Shown: piece after piece, positions 44,285 through 64,000 of the stretch
Numbering within the stretch: the first letter of the stretch is position 1
How the letters are laid out: each line of letters begins with the position of its first letter
Source: the human T2T-CHM13v2.0 reference genome, Homo sapiens
Reading direction: 5' to 3' (one strand)
Assembly: GCF_009914755.1 (NCBI RefSeq)
Contig: NC_060932.1
DNA: 64,000 nucleotides
The notes under the pieces: model-generated
Seen by the model: the letters and a program-made list of their open reading frames with translations, nothing else
Databases searched by the model: none
Told to the model about the DNA's origin: nothing
Translations under genes and position numbers: made by a program

Positions 44285-44977
44285 ACCTGCCTGCCAAACT
44301 CTCTTTTATCAAGACTCAGCTCGGCTGCTACCCCATAAGCAGTATTCTCTAGACCTGATAGTCAAAGCAGCGGCTTCATTGAGCATGTGGGCCCAGGCCT
44401 AAGTGCCAGACCTGGAGAGGTTGGCAATGTTCTGCACAGAGCAGGCCATCTATAAGTGTTAACCTGAAACCAGCATCCTCTACATCAAGGAAGGGATATA
44501 TGCCCAGGAGTTAAAAGTATGGGTACAAAGTTAATCATAGCAAAATCTGTTTTGGTCTCTGATACTGCACTTAAGTGATTTCTGGAGAAAAGTTTTGAAG
44601 GTAGAGCATTTAAATTTAAGATGGATGTTGTCAGGACTTCTTACAACAGAAGAAGCAATGGCTTTGGGGTCAGATGATTATGACCAAGAATCTGTGTTCT
44701 GGCAAGTCATTTAACTTCTCTTGGCCTCAGTTTGCTCATGTGTAAATGGGCAAATAATACAGATAGGACATGTGAAACTACCCAGCAAAGTGTGGGGCAG
44801 TTAGCATGTGCTCAAGAAATCATTCTCTTCCCCGGAGCTGCATAACTTTATCATATAAGGAACTGTTTCCTTTGCAGAGGGATACAGATTCTTTGTAGAT
44901 ATTTTTGAAAAGGTATTTCATTTTCACTTTTAACATAAAGGGAATTTAATCTTTATGCTTTAAAAAAATGTGAGTTT

Positions 44978-45095
44978 TGCTCGGGTGACAGGTACACCAA
45001 GATCCCAGAAATCACCACTAAATAACTTATCCATGTAACCAAAAACCACCTGTACTCCAGAAACTACTGAAATAAACATTTTTTAAAAATAAGAG
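44978..45095 (+). mobile_element. Short L1PB-like 3' end
   Basis: tgctcgggtgac...aaatcaccactaaa...catgtaaccaaaaaccacctgtac. Confidence 0.75.
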
Positions 45096-45159
45096 AACAC
45101 TAATTAAATCTCTTCCCAATTTTTTTTTTTAAAGGTGAGTTTCAATGAGAATGCTCTAC

Positions 45160-45350
45160 ATCTGTGTTTTCCAATATGGTAGCCACTAGTCACATCTGGC
45201 TATTAAAAATTAAATGAAAAATTCTGTTCCTGAAGACTCATAAGCCATATTTCAAGTGCTTGGTAGCCACGTGTGGCCAATGGGTACCATGTAGATGGTA
45301 AAGAGTATGAACATTTCCACCATAGCAGAAAGTTCTACTGGACAACACTC
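45160..45350. mobile_element. MER3-like hAT-Charlie MITE
   Basis: ccaatatggtagccactag...tttcaagtgct...gaaagttctactggaca. Confidence 0.8.
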
Positions 45351-45825
45351 TAGAAAAAGAATAAGCAAATATTTGAACAGCACAAAAGAAATACTGAAGA
45401 ACACATTATAAATTTTAGGGAGAAAGACGGAACTGTTTTAGTTTGAAATGGCACTGATAAAAATGAAAATTCCTGCCAATTACAAGGCTGAAGACTCCAA
45501 ACAAATTTACTTTCCTTCTGCTTCAATTATTCAGACTGTTACATACCCAGATTCTAAGAAAAATCAATGTAATAATTGCTTTAATCTGTAGCATAATCCC
45601 ATTTTTGTAAACAAAACAAACCAGATACATGAATCTAGTAATCATCTAAGTGAGGAGATTACAGGGTTTTTTCATTCTTCCTTAACTTCAGTTTCTAATT
45701 TTTTTCTTAAGGATATCACGTATTAATCAGTTAAAACAAAATTAAAGAGTCAACATTTTCTCTGGGATGAACAATTTGGAGGCAAGCCCCTTGCAGAAAG
45801 TAATTTCAGGGAGGGCCAAGTTCTA

Positions 45826-46756
<931 letters not shown>

Positions 46757-47184
46757 GGCTTAGGAGTCAAAACCATATCATATTTTATATTTTGGCTCTA
46801 AACCTTACTATACGTGGTAACCTTGGGCAGTTATTCACCCTGTCTGAATAACAGAATGCTCATCTCCAAAGTGGACATTTTCTAGTTTCAAGGAGCATCA
46901 GATGAGCTACTACAGATAAAAGTGTTGTTAGCTGGAAAGTGAAGCACATGTGTGAGTTCTGACTACCTATCACTACACTTAACACATAAATCTTCCAAAT
47001 AGAAGGGAAAATTACCTCGAGGATGTCTCATTCATCTCTTAGCCACTTTCTCTATAAATTACTGTAACATAACAAGATCTTCAAAAACCAGTAACAGTAA
47101 CAGTAATGGCAGCTAACATGTAACTGAGTATTTACTCTGTACCAGTCACCGCACTATTATACACAATTCATGGAATCTCTTTTT

Positions 47185-47385
47185 AGTCTCGTTACAGAAC
47201 CAACCATGCAACTAGGTTCAGAACTTTCAGCCCCACCCCTCCTCCCACCTCTGGGGAGGGCAGAGGGGCTGGAGATTGGGCCAATAACCAACAGCCAATG
47301 ATTTAATCAATCATGCCTATGTAATAAAACCTCTATAAAATCTTCTAAACAAAGGGGTTTAGAGAGCTGCTGAGTTAGTGAACAT
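47185..47385 (+). mobile_element. MER21-like LTR fragment
   Basis: actttcagcccc...ggggctggagattg...gccaatgatttaatcaatcatgcctatgtaat. Confidence 0.7.
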
Positions 47386-48345
47386 ATGCCATCTTTTGTG
47401 TCTGGCTTCTTTCACTTAGCATTAATGTTTTAAATGTTCACCCATATGTAACATGTATCAATATTTCATTCACATTCAGCATTGTGGCTGAACAATGTTC
47501 CATTTTGATATACCACATTTTGTTTAACCTTTTATCAACTGATGGATATCTGGGTGTTTCCGTGTTTTGTTTATTGTAAATAACGCTGTTATAAATATTC
47601 ATGTACACATTTTATTTAAATAATTCTATGCTTAACTTTGTGAGAAATTCCCAAACTGTTTTCCAAAGAAGTTGCACCATTTACATTCCTACTGGCAATG
47701 CATAGGTTGCAATCTTCCCACATCCTCACCAAGACTTTTTTTGTTTTAATTACAACAATCCCAGTGGGTGTGAAGTGCTATTTCATTGAGGTTTTGATTT
47801 GTACTTAACACCGACTAATGATGTTGAGCACCTTTTCACGTGTTTTTCTGGCCATTTGTGTGTGTGTGTGTACAATTTTTTTAATATACAGAGTCTTGCT
47901 TTGTTGCCTAGGCTGGAGTAAGTCATTATGGCTCACTGCAGCCTTGATCTCCCAGGCTCAAGCGATCCTCCCACCTTGGCCTCCCAAGTAGCTGGGAAAA
48001 TAGGCGTGTGCCACCACACCAGGGTAATTTTTTATTTTTATTTTTTGTAGAGACAGAGTCTCCCTGTGTTGCCCAGGCTGGTCTCGAACTCCTGGGCTCA
48101 AGTGATCCTCCTGCATCGGCCTCCTAAAGTGCTAGGATTATAGGTGTGAGCCAGCACACCTGGACTGTTGTTGAGTTTTTTTAATATATTCTGGATATCA
48201 GACTCTTATCAGAAAAATATTTTGTAAATATTTTCTCCTATTCTGTGGGTTGTCTTTTACTTTCTTGATAATATACTTCCATGAACAAAAGTTTTTAATT
48301 TTGAAGTCCAATTTATATTTTTATTTGGTTTCCTGTGCTTACTTT
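47386..48345 (-). mobile_element. L1MB/MC fragment containing an AluJ (47875-48165)
   Basis: tctggcttctttcacttagcat...gatgttgagca...tattctgtgggttgtctttt. Confidence 0.82.
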
Positions 48346-49236
48346 GTCTGCTTTGACACATTTACTAAGCGTTTATTAAATGAATGAACATGACTTTGAG
48401 CAAAATACTGATCCTTTCTGAGCTACAACTTCTTGAGTGTTGGGAATATTAAATGAGAAAACACATGTAAGGAACTTAGAGGCAGGGCCTATATAATTCG
48501 TCCCAGAAAATAAGCTCTCGGTAAATGTTAGCTATTATTCTTATTATCTGTAAAATGACAGATAATAAAGCAATGTTTATAAATGCTGTTAACTCTGCAG
48601 GTCATAATGACACTTGTGAGGAGGTAAAAGGAGCAGGTGAACTGGAGGATATGTCTGTTTGGAAAGCAGCATGTTCCCGACAATGTTCATGTCTGAAATT
48701 GAGCAGTAATTAGTGAGTGAGCTGAAATGAGTTGGAAACAGTTAAAAGCCCTTCTTTTCTGTTCCCTTTATTTATTTCTCCAGTGTAGTAGCTTCATCCA
48801 CACGGAAGTGTCGTGACTATTACTACCTAGGCAAATTCACTGTTGAATACCAGCTGACTTTGTACTGAAAATCACTTTGGGAACTGAAGTAAGTACTGAG
48901 AAGAATAAATCTTAAAAACAAAACAAAACAAAAAACACCTACGTAGAGAATGCTTAACAGGTCCATACAATATGCCTATTAAGAGTTTTGAGGAACTGAC
49001 AGAAGTAGAAAAGAATAAAGGAAACTACTCTGGCTTCTTGCTATGATAGAGTTCTTGGGGTTCCACCATGGAGTAACTTTTAGTTGAATCCCCTTATAAC
49101 ATGGTTCTACTACTTGATGTCTCAGAACATCTCTCTCCCTACAAGGTTTTTACTGTGTAGGGTTTTCTTCTGATGATCTCTCTCTGACCTAGGGGACATT
49201 CGTCTACCAGATTGCAATCTGGTAACAAAATCCTAG

Positions 49237-49628
<392 letters not shown>

Positions 49629-51221
49629 GTCTCTCTTCCTCTTGATGCTCCATGGTACCCGTCACTGTCCAGCCCCATTATGATTAATAATGGATCTGAC
49701 TTACTTCCTATACCTGGACAATTAACTCCTGAGCGGAAAAGCCTTGCTTTATCTCTGTCCCAGAACTGGGCATAGTAGCTGATCTTTGGTAAAAGACTAA
49801 TACATATTTGTGGAAAGGGAAAAAGCAAAGAATAAGAGAATAAAGGGAGGATGCATTAGCTATACAAGTTAGAATCACCATTACTAGCGAAGGTTAATAT
49901 ATGTATACTTTACAAAGCATCTTCTATTTTGAAAAACTCTTGTTTGTGTAGGCCAAACTCTTCCTTATAAACTTAGAGAATTTAACGTGAAAATAGATTT
50001 CTAAAGTCAGGTGAAATCAGTTTTGCTGCCAAAGTACTGCAGAATTCAGGAGACTGAGAGATTCACTTATTTCTTTAAAACTTTCAAAGGAATTAAATGT
50101 TTCCAGGAAAACTAAATTTGATGAAAGATAAAAAATTCCACCCAATACTAAAATCAGGGACCATTAGAACACAGGCCAAAGTTTCATAACTGCCCAACCA
50201 CACTACAAAGCCAAAAGTAAGTTAGTTAATCCAGGTCTTCAATAAACAAACTTAATCTTAAGAAGGTGAAAACTTTCTACTTCAATATATTATTTTTATT
50301 TTTGAAAGACACTTATATAAGGTACAATTTACTTTGAAAAAAAGTTATCATCAAATTTATGTAAACAACAATTTGATCATCAAAAAGGTTTTCCTTAAGA
50401 GAAATATCCTAGACAATAAAATATATAAATAAATAATTTTAAATGCCACTTAGAATCATCACAGCTGTCAACACATACAAGGTCGCAGGCACTGGGCTAA
50501 GCACTCCACATGCATTCTTTTTCACTTTTTACAGCCTTACAAAAACCCTAAGGTGGTTGCTACAGAATCGTAACCCAGCTTGACGAGTGAGTATACTGAG
50601 GTTTAGTGAAGTACCTGATTAAGAATACAGTTAACTAGCTGCAGAGCCAAAATGTTGACTCATCTAATTTGTCTAACCCAAGCTTTGTGCTTTTGACATA
50701 ATATTAATGCTGACCTCCTTAAATGTTTTAGTTGAATACAGGTATCTTTCTAAATATAACTATTGAAAAGAATAAGAAAGATCAAAGGAAATTATGAATT
50801 TAACTTTTTTGAGAGTATTTTATCTAGTCCAAACGACCTTTACATTATTTTGCTTATGAGAGCTGTCCATTCCATTTCTGGAAGGTCCTTGCATTATTTT
50901 CGGTATAACTTCCATCAACGAATACAGACTTTACTAATACAGACTTTACTTTTCTGGTAGAGTCTCCATGTGTAGCTGGCACATTTTCACACACAGACTC
51001 TACCAGAAAACCCATGAAAGTTAACCCAATAAGTAAACAAGCAAATGTGGCACCACAGAATCACAAACATAACAAAAAGATAGCCCTGCAATATAGGCAA
51101 ACAAAAATGCTGCCAGTGTAGAACAATGGTATTTCTCAAAATGTAACACAAATTATATAGGAATCCATGTACAAATGCAAAGTATTCTTAATGCCCCAAC
51201 TATTTAAATTCACTTATTTTA

Positions 51222-51544
<323 letters not shown>

Positions 51545-51902
51545 GGCAAAATGCCAAGTAAGAGAGTCAGGGTAGGGGGTCATCAGAAAGGACTCTTCAG
51601 TGACAGGGGATCATGCATCTGTAATAAGAGCTCCACAGGCGATCAAATTTAGGAAGAAGTATTTGTAAGTATTTGTCTTCTTGTAAGGAAGGCAATATTT
51701 TTAAGCCCTAATTTGAGCTACTGATTTGTATAAAACACTGAAGATGGAAGACACTATTTCTTATCCATTTAGCTGAAAAAGGTCATTATATCACTTTATT
51801 TAGTCACGAGATGAAGAAAAGATATGAAGAGGATTAAGACAAATAATGAAGTACAGGGGGCAGTAATTGGGCTAGTAACAATGCTTGCAATATTCTACTC
51901 AC

Positions 51903-51988
51903 TTGCACTGTGCATGGTAATACTTTATAAGATTCTGCAGCAGATCCACACCCTTTTTGGTCTTGATTTCATTAACTTTAATGAGATA
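51903..51988 (-). CDS. ASAP1: ASAP1 exon, 86 nt, [28 protein letters not shown](N) (BAR)
   Basis: ttttcacag|TATCTC...TGCAA|gtgagt; phase 0/2. Confidence 0.97.
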
Positions 51989-52263
51989 CTGTGAAAATAA
52001 AACAGGGTTTTGCGTTGATTAATTCCAGATGGGGCTCTTCAGCCATGGGTTCAGGTGGCTGAACATCACCCCTGAATCTGCACAAGTTACCAAGCCTTGG
52101 TGTCCTTTAGACAGTTTAGAGAATGCTGATTTCGCAGTCACAAAGTGTTCAAAACAAATTGACTAGAGTGTTAGCATTTTATAAATTATTTTATGATTAG
52201 TTTACTCGACAAGCAGAAATAAAACACAGCAAAACATTCTAGAATTATTATTTCCCCTTGGTG

Positions 52264-52941
52264 CAGTGGATCTCAAACGTATAGTTTATGTGGTCAAAAA
52301 CTGGAAAGATTGATTGTTTTTTGCAGAAAGTACGCAGAATAGCATTCTCATCAAAGAATATACCATAGGATATTGAAACTTTAGGAAAAAGAGGTGAATC
52401 AGAAAGAATTTTTACTACTCAAAAATTAAAGAATAAAAGTAAGAATAACCCACTAATTTATTGAGGTAACTAAACACAGTAGTGTACTTGTACTGTGCAC
52501 TGGTCAAGATTTTCTATTGACACTGTTTGCTCACTTGTTTTATTCTGTAAAAAGGTTCATGAGCACACAAACTCAAGGAGCCAAAGGGTTATGAAACAGA
52601 AAAAAGAGAGAAAGAGAAAGAGAATGAGAGAGAGAGAGGTGAGAAAGAGAGAGAGAGAAAGAAAGGAGAGGGAGGGAAGGAAGGAAGGGAGGGAGGGAGG
52701 AGAAGGGGAAGGGGAAGGGGGAAAGAGAAAGAGAAGGAGGGAATAGAGAGAGAAAGCGAGGAAGAAGGAAAAGGAAAGGAGAAAAAAATCTAGGGAAGGA
52801 AAAAAATTTGACAAAGTTCTCCACTTTAATATTTTCTGAAAACTGCAAAAGAAACTCTTACTCAACAGCCGTGTCAGAACAGGTTGGTTTCTAGGTCAAG
52901 AAGTGTTCATGTTCAATTGGAATTCAGTTTGAGAACCACTG
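52264..52941. mobile_element. hAT-Charlie-type DNA transposon relic carrying a GA-rich expansion
   Basis: Terminal inverted repeats cagtggatctcaaac / gtttgagaaccactg (14/15); no convincing TSD. Confidence 0.5.
52595..52806 (+). repeat. GA-rich polypurine low-complexity tract
   Basis: About 200 nt of almost only A/G. Confidence 0.92.
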
Positions 52942-53389
52942 CTCTAAGTTTAAGGCAGCATGCTTTTTGTTGCATTTTTCGTGAAATCGACTTTCTTAAT
53001 GACAACTTCATTTGAGTTTTCATTCAAACTGGACATATGGTTAAAAAAACATGCTCTAAACATACACCAATAAAACTTAATATTCACCAGTGTTACCTCT
53101 CACCAATGTTTTCCTCCCACAACCACTCACAAGCAACATTAAGGTTCTCACCAAAGAATCCTGTTTTGGCTTAAACAGCCCCATAGGGCCAAGGCTCAAA
53201 ATATGAGACAACAGTGCAATGGCAGGTTCCCAAAAGGCTTGGAGAAAAATGGAGATTAGAATCCTTAAGAAACAGTTTCCTCTCTAATAATCAAACACAG
53301 TCTGCCTTTAAGCATAAAGACTGCTGACTAGCAGGAAAAGATCACAGTTGTTATAATTCTAGGCAAATGGTGGAAAAGTCCATTCTTAC

Positions 53390-53519
53390 TTCACACATTT
53401 GGAGCTGAAAGAGGCGCCTTTCCTTCTCCATTTCTTCCGCAATCTCAGCTCCTGTTATCTCTGTGCGGATCATCCCATGTTGTTTTGCGTGCTCTCTTTT
53501 CTCTTTCTCAATTTTTGTA
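53390..53519 (-). CDS. ASAP1: ASAP1 exon, 130 nt, TKIEKEKREHAKQHGMIRTEITGAEIAEEMEKERRLFQLQMCE (BAR)
   Basis: aattacag|TACAAA...TGTGAA|gtaaga; phase 2/0. Confidence 0.97.
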
Positions 53520-53565
53520 CTGTAATTAAAGCCAATGTCATTATTTAAAAAAAAAAAAATACACT

Positions 53566-53765
53566 CATGTACAATACCAACAGCAGATCCTAATACAAAC
53601 TATGGATTTGGGGTGACGATGTGTCTATGTAGGTTCATCAGTTGTATCAATTGTACCACTCTGGTGGGGGTCAGTGATAACGGGGGAGGCTGTGCATGTG
53701 TGGGGGGAGGGAGCATATGGGAACTCTCTTGTATCTTCTGCTCAAGAAGGAAGTCTACTAAAAAC
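53566..53765 (+). mobile_element. L1MC/MD 3'UTR fragment
   Basis: aactatggatttggggtgacgatg...tgtaccactctggtgggg...atatgggaactctc. Confidence 0.8.
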
Positions 53766-54849
53766 AAACCACACTCATGTCTTCCCGTTAACAAAAGCCA
53801 CTGATTATTAATTCCTAAAGTTAAAAGGCAAGAATTCTTAAGTTGGTAGAATCAATCAGAAGTAAAAGCCTACAATCAAACAGAACACAAACACTGTATG
53901 GATTTTCATATGGGAAACCTCTTACATTTTTCCTTTGATCTTACACATGACAGATTCATATACATTCTCTTAAATTTTGGTAGGCATGAAGAAATTTTGA
54001 TAGTTTACCTACTATTGGGTAAAGCACTTTATAATAAAAAAAGAATCAGAAAGTTGGAGACATGAGGCTTTCCTTGAATATCGACAGCTTGCAAGACTTC
54101 AATTATTTCAAATAATTAAAGTATATAATGGGTCTTTGTGGGTATGCACAAAATTTAGTCAAAGGTAATTTCCAACATTCCTCTAAACTTGAGCTATTTC
54201 CACATTCCAAGAATACATTTTAATCAGTCAACCACTTGTCACTGGAATGTACAAAATTCAGAAGAAATCCTAATTTGGAATCCTATCACAATGTTCTTCT
54301 GTGTGTGGGGAGGGGGCCAGGGGAAACGAGGTGATAAAGAAGAAAGGCCCACATTAAACATACAGTAGCTGACGCTAGTGCTCGGCTCTGATAGATGATA
54401 CTCTGGTAATAATACCAAAGATTATAGCCTGCTTTCCAAAAATCATTAACCTGAAAATGGACTTCTAATTTCAGAAACAACCTGTAATTTCTAGCTGTGA
54501 ATGCAAAGACTAACTGATTTATCCGTCAAGTCTTCTTTAAGTTATGGTGGTGGTAGGGGAAACCAACTCTGAAGAAAGCCAACATCCTTACCTATACACA
54601 GACATAGTGGAAAATCCACCGATCAAGCCAATGAAAAATCTACTTATAAACCCAGTCGGGATTGACTCTAATACCCTAATGCTATTATATTTAAGAAACT
54701 CTTTAATCATGCCACCTTGGCAGTCGAAGAGGCATAACAGGGATTTTAACAGAAAGAATAAATCTCAGCTCTTTCTCCACTGATGTGGGTGGGAAGAGAA
54801 GAAATATGGAGGGACAGGCATAACTTAATAATAAGCCTTTCAATTTACC

Positions 54850-57400
<2,551 letters not shown>

Positions 57401-58087
57401 CTTAAAGAGAACTTAGTAGAAACTATTTATTGTGTGACTTCCCTATGCTAAACACTGTGACAACTGCTTCAACACACTACCTTATCTCGTCCTCACAAAA
57501 ACCCTGAGAAGTAGGTAATTTTTATATTATTTTACAAGTAAGGATCATCAAAATTAAGTATTTTGGCTCAATGTCACAAAACTGGTAATGATTTCTAAGT
57601 CTGTGATCTAAATCATTACAAACTTCACTGCCTCCAGAGTTCCAAATAGAAGACCACAGAAAATGTCCAGCCTTCTCCATTATCAAAACTAATAAATGAA
57701 CTTTTTTGTGTGGAGTCATTTTGTTTTCTCTAACTTATAACAGCATAAGTCCCAGTACATCAAAGAGACAAATGCTTGTTTTCTTTCTTTCCTGCACCAC
57801 TATACTTTAGTGACAAAGAAGTCTATCTCAGGAAAATTGTTGACAGGGATTTACTAAGCAAACAAACAAAACCTGCCTTCATAAGGTCTTAAATTCAGGA
57901 GGCACTCAACTTGCTATTCCTGTTATACATTTCCAGGTCTGAATAATTCTTTTATTTCTTCAATGAAATAGTACATAAACTATGAGTCATTAGGCACTGG
58001 TAGAATAACACCATATATAAGAATAATGTGGTTGTGGTCTTCACCAAATTTAGATTGTAGAGGACAATACAGAAAAATGAACAGCCA

Positions 58088-58413
<326 letters not shown>

Positions 58414-59874
58414 AGCCAGACAAGTTCATATGTTGAGTGAGAAGTACAAGGAAGAGCACCTGTACCATCTTAGAATGCTTTATATTCTAAGTCATTTATA
58501 ATACTAAGCACCAGATACTTCTAGGTCTTCAGCCAACAGAGATTTAAAAAATATAAATAAAGTTGTACTACCTAATATTGGTAGTACTTTAGTTGACAAA
58601 GCACATATTACATCATGTTTCGTTGTTCCTATATCCTACAAAGAAGACATATTCTACAAGTGTAGAACAAGGTTTTTTTCTTCCCCCTTTGTCCTTCCAT
58701 TTTCTAAGTACTTAATTCTATTCCATTCCAAGTTCATGCACTGTTGTCTCTGGGCAGCGGCAGTACTTCGCTTACAAGTTGAGTACTCATGACCCACTTT
58801 TCATACAGAAAGACTCATAGCCCACAGCATTCATTTATCAGTTGACCATTTTAAGAACGTTTTTGTTCTCTGCTGCATTTAGAACTGTCAATGTACGGAT
58901 ATATTCCTAAGACAGCAAGTCCCTAACAATGCACTTTTCACATAATTACAAAAGTAGTTTGGGAAAAACTACTTTTTTTAATCCTGAATTTGTTTTTCTT
59001 TTGCTTGTTTTTATCCTGCTGCTATTGCTGCCTACAGAAATGTTTTATTCTCTTATGTTTATAGTTGTCCAAGACTTTTATTAAAAGCTTTAAAAATACA
59101 TATCTCCTCCCACCCCACCCTACTGCTTGGTGTTACAAATGTCTCAGGGTAATAATAATAAAGGAATGTGGTATGATACACACAGTATCGAGATGGGCCG
59201 AGCACCCTGCAAAGTGCTTATTGTCCTAATCCCTAACAAGAACTCCACGAGGTTGGTGGTCTGACTTCAGTGCCCATGCTATGCTGAGGCTCTGTGGTCA
59301 AGACAGACCTGGAGTGAATGCTAGCTGGACACATAACTAGCTTTCTAGCCTTTCATGAGCCCCTTAGCCTCTCCAGGTTTCAGTTTCCCTGATGTATATA
59401 AACAGAGAGTAAAGCTGTACAGATAGTTTCCTGTGAAGAGGTCATACATGCAAAAAACACTTAGTGCACGTCCTGGCAGGCACCAAGATGTCACAGTATT
59501 AGCTGTTACTTCTATTATTTCCCAATTTTTATACTATACAGAAACATAAATGGTCCATAATTACATGCTATCTATAATGAGAGTCATAGCCCTATAACTT
59601 GATAGTACTAGCAGCCATAAATGCGAGAACAACTGATAGTAAAAGTACCTCTCCCTTCAGACAAATAGCACAGGACATGCAACCACTTTACGTCAGTGTA
59701 CCCAACCTCTTAGCCCTAATAAGGATATGCTAGAGGATATACTAAACAGGTTTTTGTTGAGAAGTTATTAGTTAAGGGCTCTGTCCTTTTTCCAGTTAAG
59801 TTTTTTTTTTTGTTGTCCAAAATTCACAACAATATTAAAAAACAAACAAAAACTCTAAACAAAAAACCACTTAC

Positions 59875-59924
59875 AACTTTGTCTCATAATCTTTCCAGGC
59901 TTTGTCAAATGGCTTCTTGAGATC
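59875..59924 (-). CDS. ASAP1: ASAP1 exon, 50 nt, DLKKPFDKAWKDYETK(F) (BAR)
   Basis: tttctaag|GATCTC...AAAGTT|gtaagt; phase 0/2. Confidence 0.96.
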
Positions 59925-60059
59925 CTTAGAAACGAGAAAATGAGATTAAAATTGCAACTACTTTTGCTGAAAATTAATAAATAGTTTTGAAATGACATCT
60001 TAGCAAGAATTGTTTCCTTTATAGGACACTGGGAACTTCACTTTATGCACGTTACACCA

Positions 60060-60359
60060 TTTTTTTTTTTTTTTGACAGGGTCTCACTCTGTTGCCTAGA
60101 ATGGAGTGCAGTGCCACAATCACAGCTCACTGTAGCCTTGAACTCCCAGGCTCAATTGATCTTCCCACCTCAGCTTCCTGAGTAGCTAGAACTACAGGCA
60201 CTCACCACCACCCCTGGCTAATTCTTGTACTTCTTCTGTAGACATGGGGGTCTTATTATGTTGCCCAGGCTGGTCTTGAACTCCTGGGCTCAAGCAATTT
60301 ACCCGCCGCCATGGTCTCCCAAAGTGCTCAGATTATAGGCATGACCACTGTGCCTGGCC
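60060..60359 (-). mobile_element. AluJ
   Basis: Reverse Alu between the 75-nt and 50-nt exons. Confidence 0.88.
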
Positions 60360-60747
60360 AACATCAAACCATGTGTTATATACACAAGAAGCCTGAGAGA
60401 GGAAAGAAGGGTAAGCGCCCTGGTCATGCTGATGAAGCAGGAGCCCGAGGTTCAGAAGGGCTGGGTCCCCAGTGGTCACACTGTGGGAGCCAAGACTCGG
60501 GCTTAGCTTCTCTCTCCCACCCATGGAGGACCTTCCCAATCTTCTTGAAAGTGCCTAATCTCATTCCTCTGTCAATACCATTATGTGAAGAGGCACATTT
60601 TTTCCAATGATCATTTTCCAAGAGCATTTTTAACGCTGAAAATGTTCAAAGAGTCTTTCAAATACAAGTACTACTATGATCTTGAAAGAGGAAAAAAAAA
60701 ATTAATCCTTTCAAGTTAAAGTGAAAATCAAATTTCTGAACACTTAC

Positions 60748-60822
60748 TCCTTTGACTCCCTTTAGGTCTCCTTTTAACAAAGAATCCAAGGTGAAGATCA
60801 CATTGTGGCTCAAACCCTGGAG
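60748..60822 (-). CDS. ASAP1: ASAP1 exon, 75 nt, LQGLSHNVIFTLDSLLKGDLKGVKG (BAR)
   Basis: ttttcag|CTCCAG...AAAGGA|gtaagt; phase 0/0. Confidence 0.96.
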
Positions 60823-61068
60823 CTGAAAAAGCAAAGGGAAGATGGGAGATGGTTAAAAAATAAAGTCCACATGAACAATAAAACCAGCTACTATTGACTG
60901 AGCATTTTCCACACACCAGGCTCTGTTGAAGGGCTTTCCATGCATTATTTCATTGAACCTACATGACACCTCTGTAGGTTAGGCGACACAATTATCACTA
61001 CTTTGCAGCTGAGGGAACAGAGGTGGAGTCATTTGTGCAGAACCATAAAGCATGTGAGTGAGGAGCTA

Positions 61069-61401
<333 letters not shown>

Positions 61402-61659
61402 TTGAATTTAGGTGGTGTAGCTCCAGAGCTTGTGTTCTTAAACACTATACTCCAGTACACGTATATGTGTACAAATAATTCCTCAAATCATTTTAGCACT
61501 TCCATTAACACCTCTGCCAAAATTGTAGCTCTTACGGTGAATTTTCTTCAACTGCTTCTGTCAGAGTAAGGAGGGCTTTTCTCATTTCCTTTTCACATTT
61601 TTTTATAGCATGTATCATTATCTGAAATTACTGTGTTTGGATTTTTTTTTGCTCAGATT

Positions 61660-63548
<1,889 letters not shown>

Positions 63549-64000
63549 GTGTATTCTGTCTCCCTCACTAGTACATAACCTCGATGGGGACAGGGACTTT
63601 GACTTTTCTGTTCACAGCTATATCCTTAATGCCTAGATTCCATTAAAAAGATGAGATATTTAGGAAGTGCAATCTATAACCGGGAAATAGTTTTTTTTTT
63701 TTTTCCACTGCTCTGCGGCAGTGGCCTGAGTCTCCTTGATTTTAAGATGGCACAAAGAGGAATCTACAAAGGAGAAGGAAATGGAGATGGAGATGCTACC
63801 CAGCTGCAGAGAAGAATGGCAGGAGGGAACCAAGGGAGGCAGAGTCAGGTGTGAAAGGAGTAACCAAAACAAGGACTGAGAAGAGTTTTTACCTACTTGT
63901 CTTCAAGGAGACCCCAAGTAATCTTGGTAAAATCAAGTTTTAGTAGGTGTGGAACCCAAGACTGCAGAGACCTGCAGGAGCAGATTATAGATGGAAAGGT

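Noticed and set aside
52495-52865. K/R/E-rich and F/L/S-rich ORFs
   Set aside because: Artefacts of the GA-rich low-complexity tract.
58565-58587. 8-bp inverted repeat gtactacc/ggtagtac
   Set aside because: Short enough to occur by chance in 64 kb.

Overview
Human genomic DNA. An intact AluYb8, a human-specific subfamily, supports the species call. The window lies entirely inside ASAP1 (DDEF1/AMAP1, an Arf-GAP), which is transcribed on the minus strand. Eleven constitutive coding exons (976 nt, all GT-AG, phases consistent) were reconstructed by hand. They encode the C-terminal part of the BAR domain, the PH domain and the start of the ArfGAP zinc finger. The introns hold about 42 Alus, two THE1 solo LTRs with target-site duplications (TSDs), and L1, HAL1, L2, L3/CR1, MIR and DNA-transposon relics. 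Most ORFs in the supplied track are repeat-derived or chance. No new multi-gene system can be demonstrated. The best leads are: (1) a combinatorial splicing module in the BAR-PH linker, made of a 9-nt SRR microexon that creates an RRxS kinase motif plus a 36/40-nt tandem alternative donor; (2) a retroposed H/ACA snoRNA copy (SNORA12-like) with a TSD and a 3' extension; (3) inverted-Alu architecture suited to circRNA formation; (4) candidate poison exons, two CTCF-like motifs, a pre-miRNA-sized hairpin and repeated re-use of the same retroposition target sites. Family, subfamily and orthologue identifications come from recall, not database searches. Repeat boundaries are approximate unless a TSD is given.
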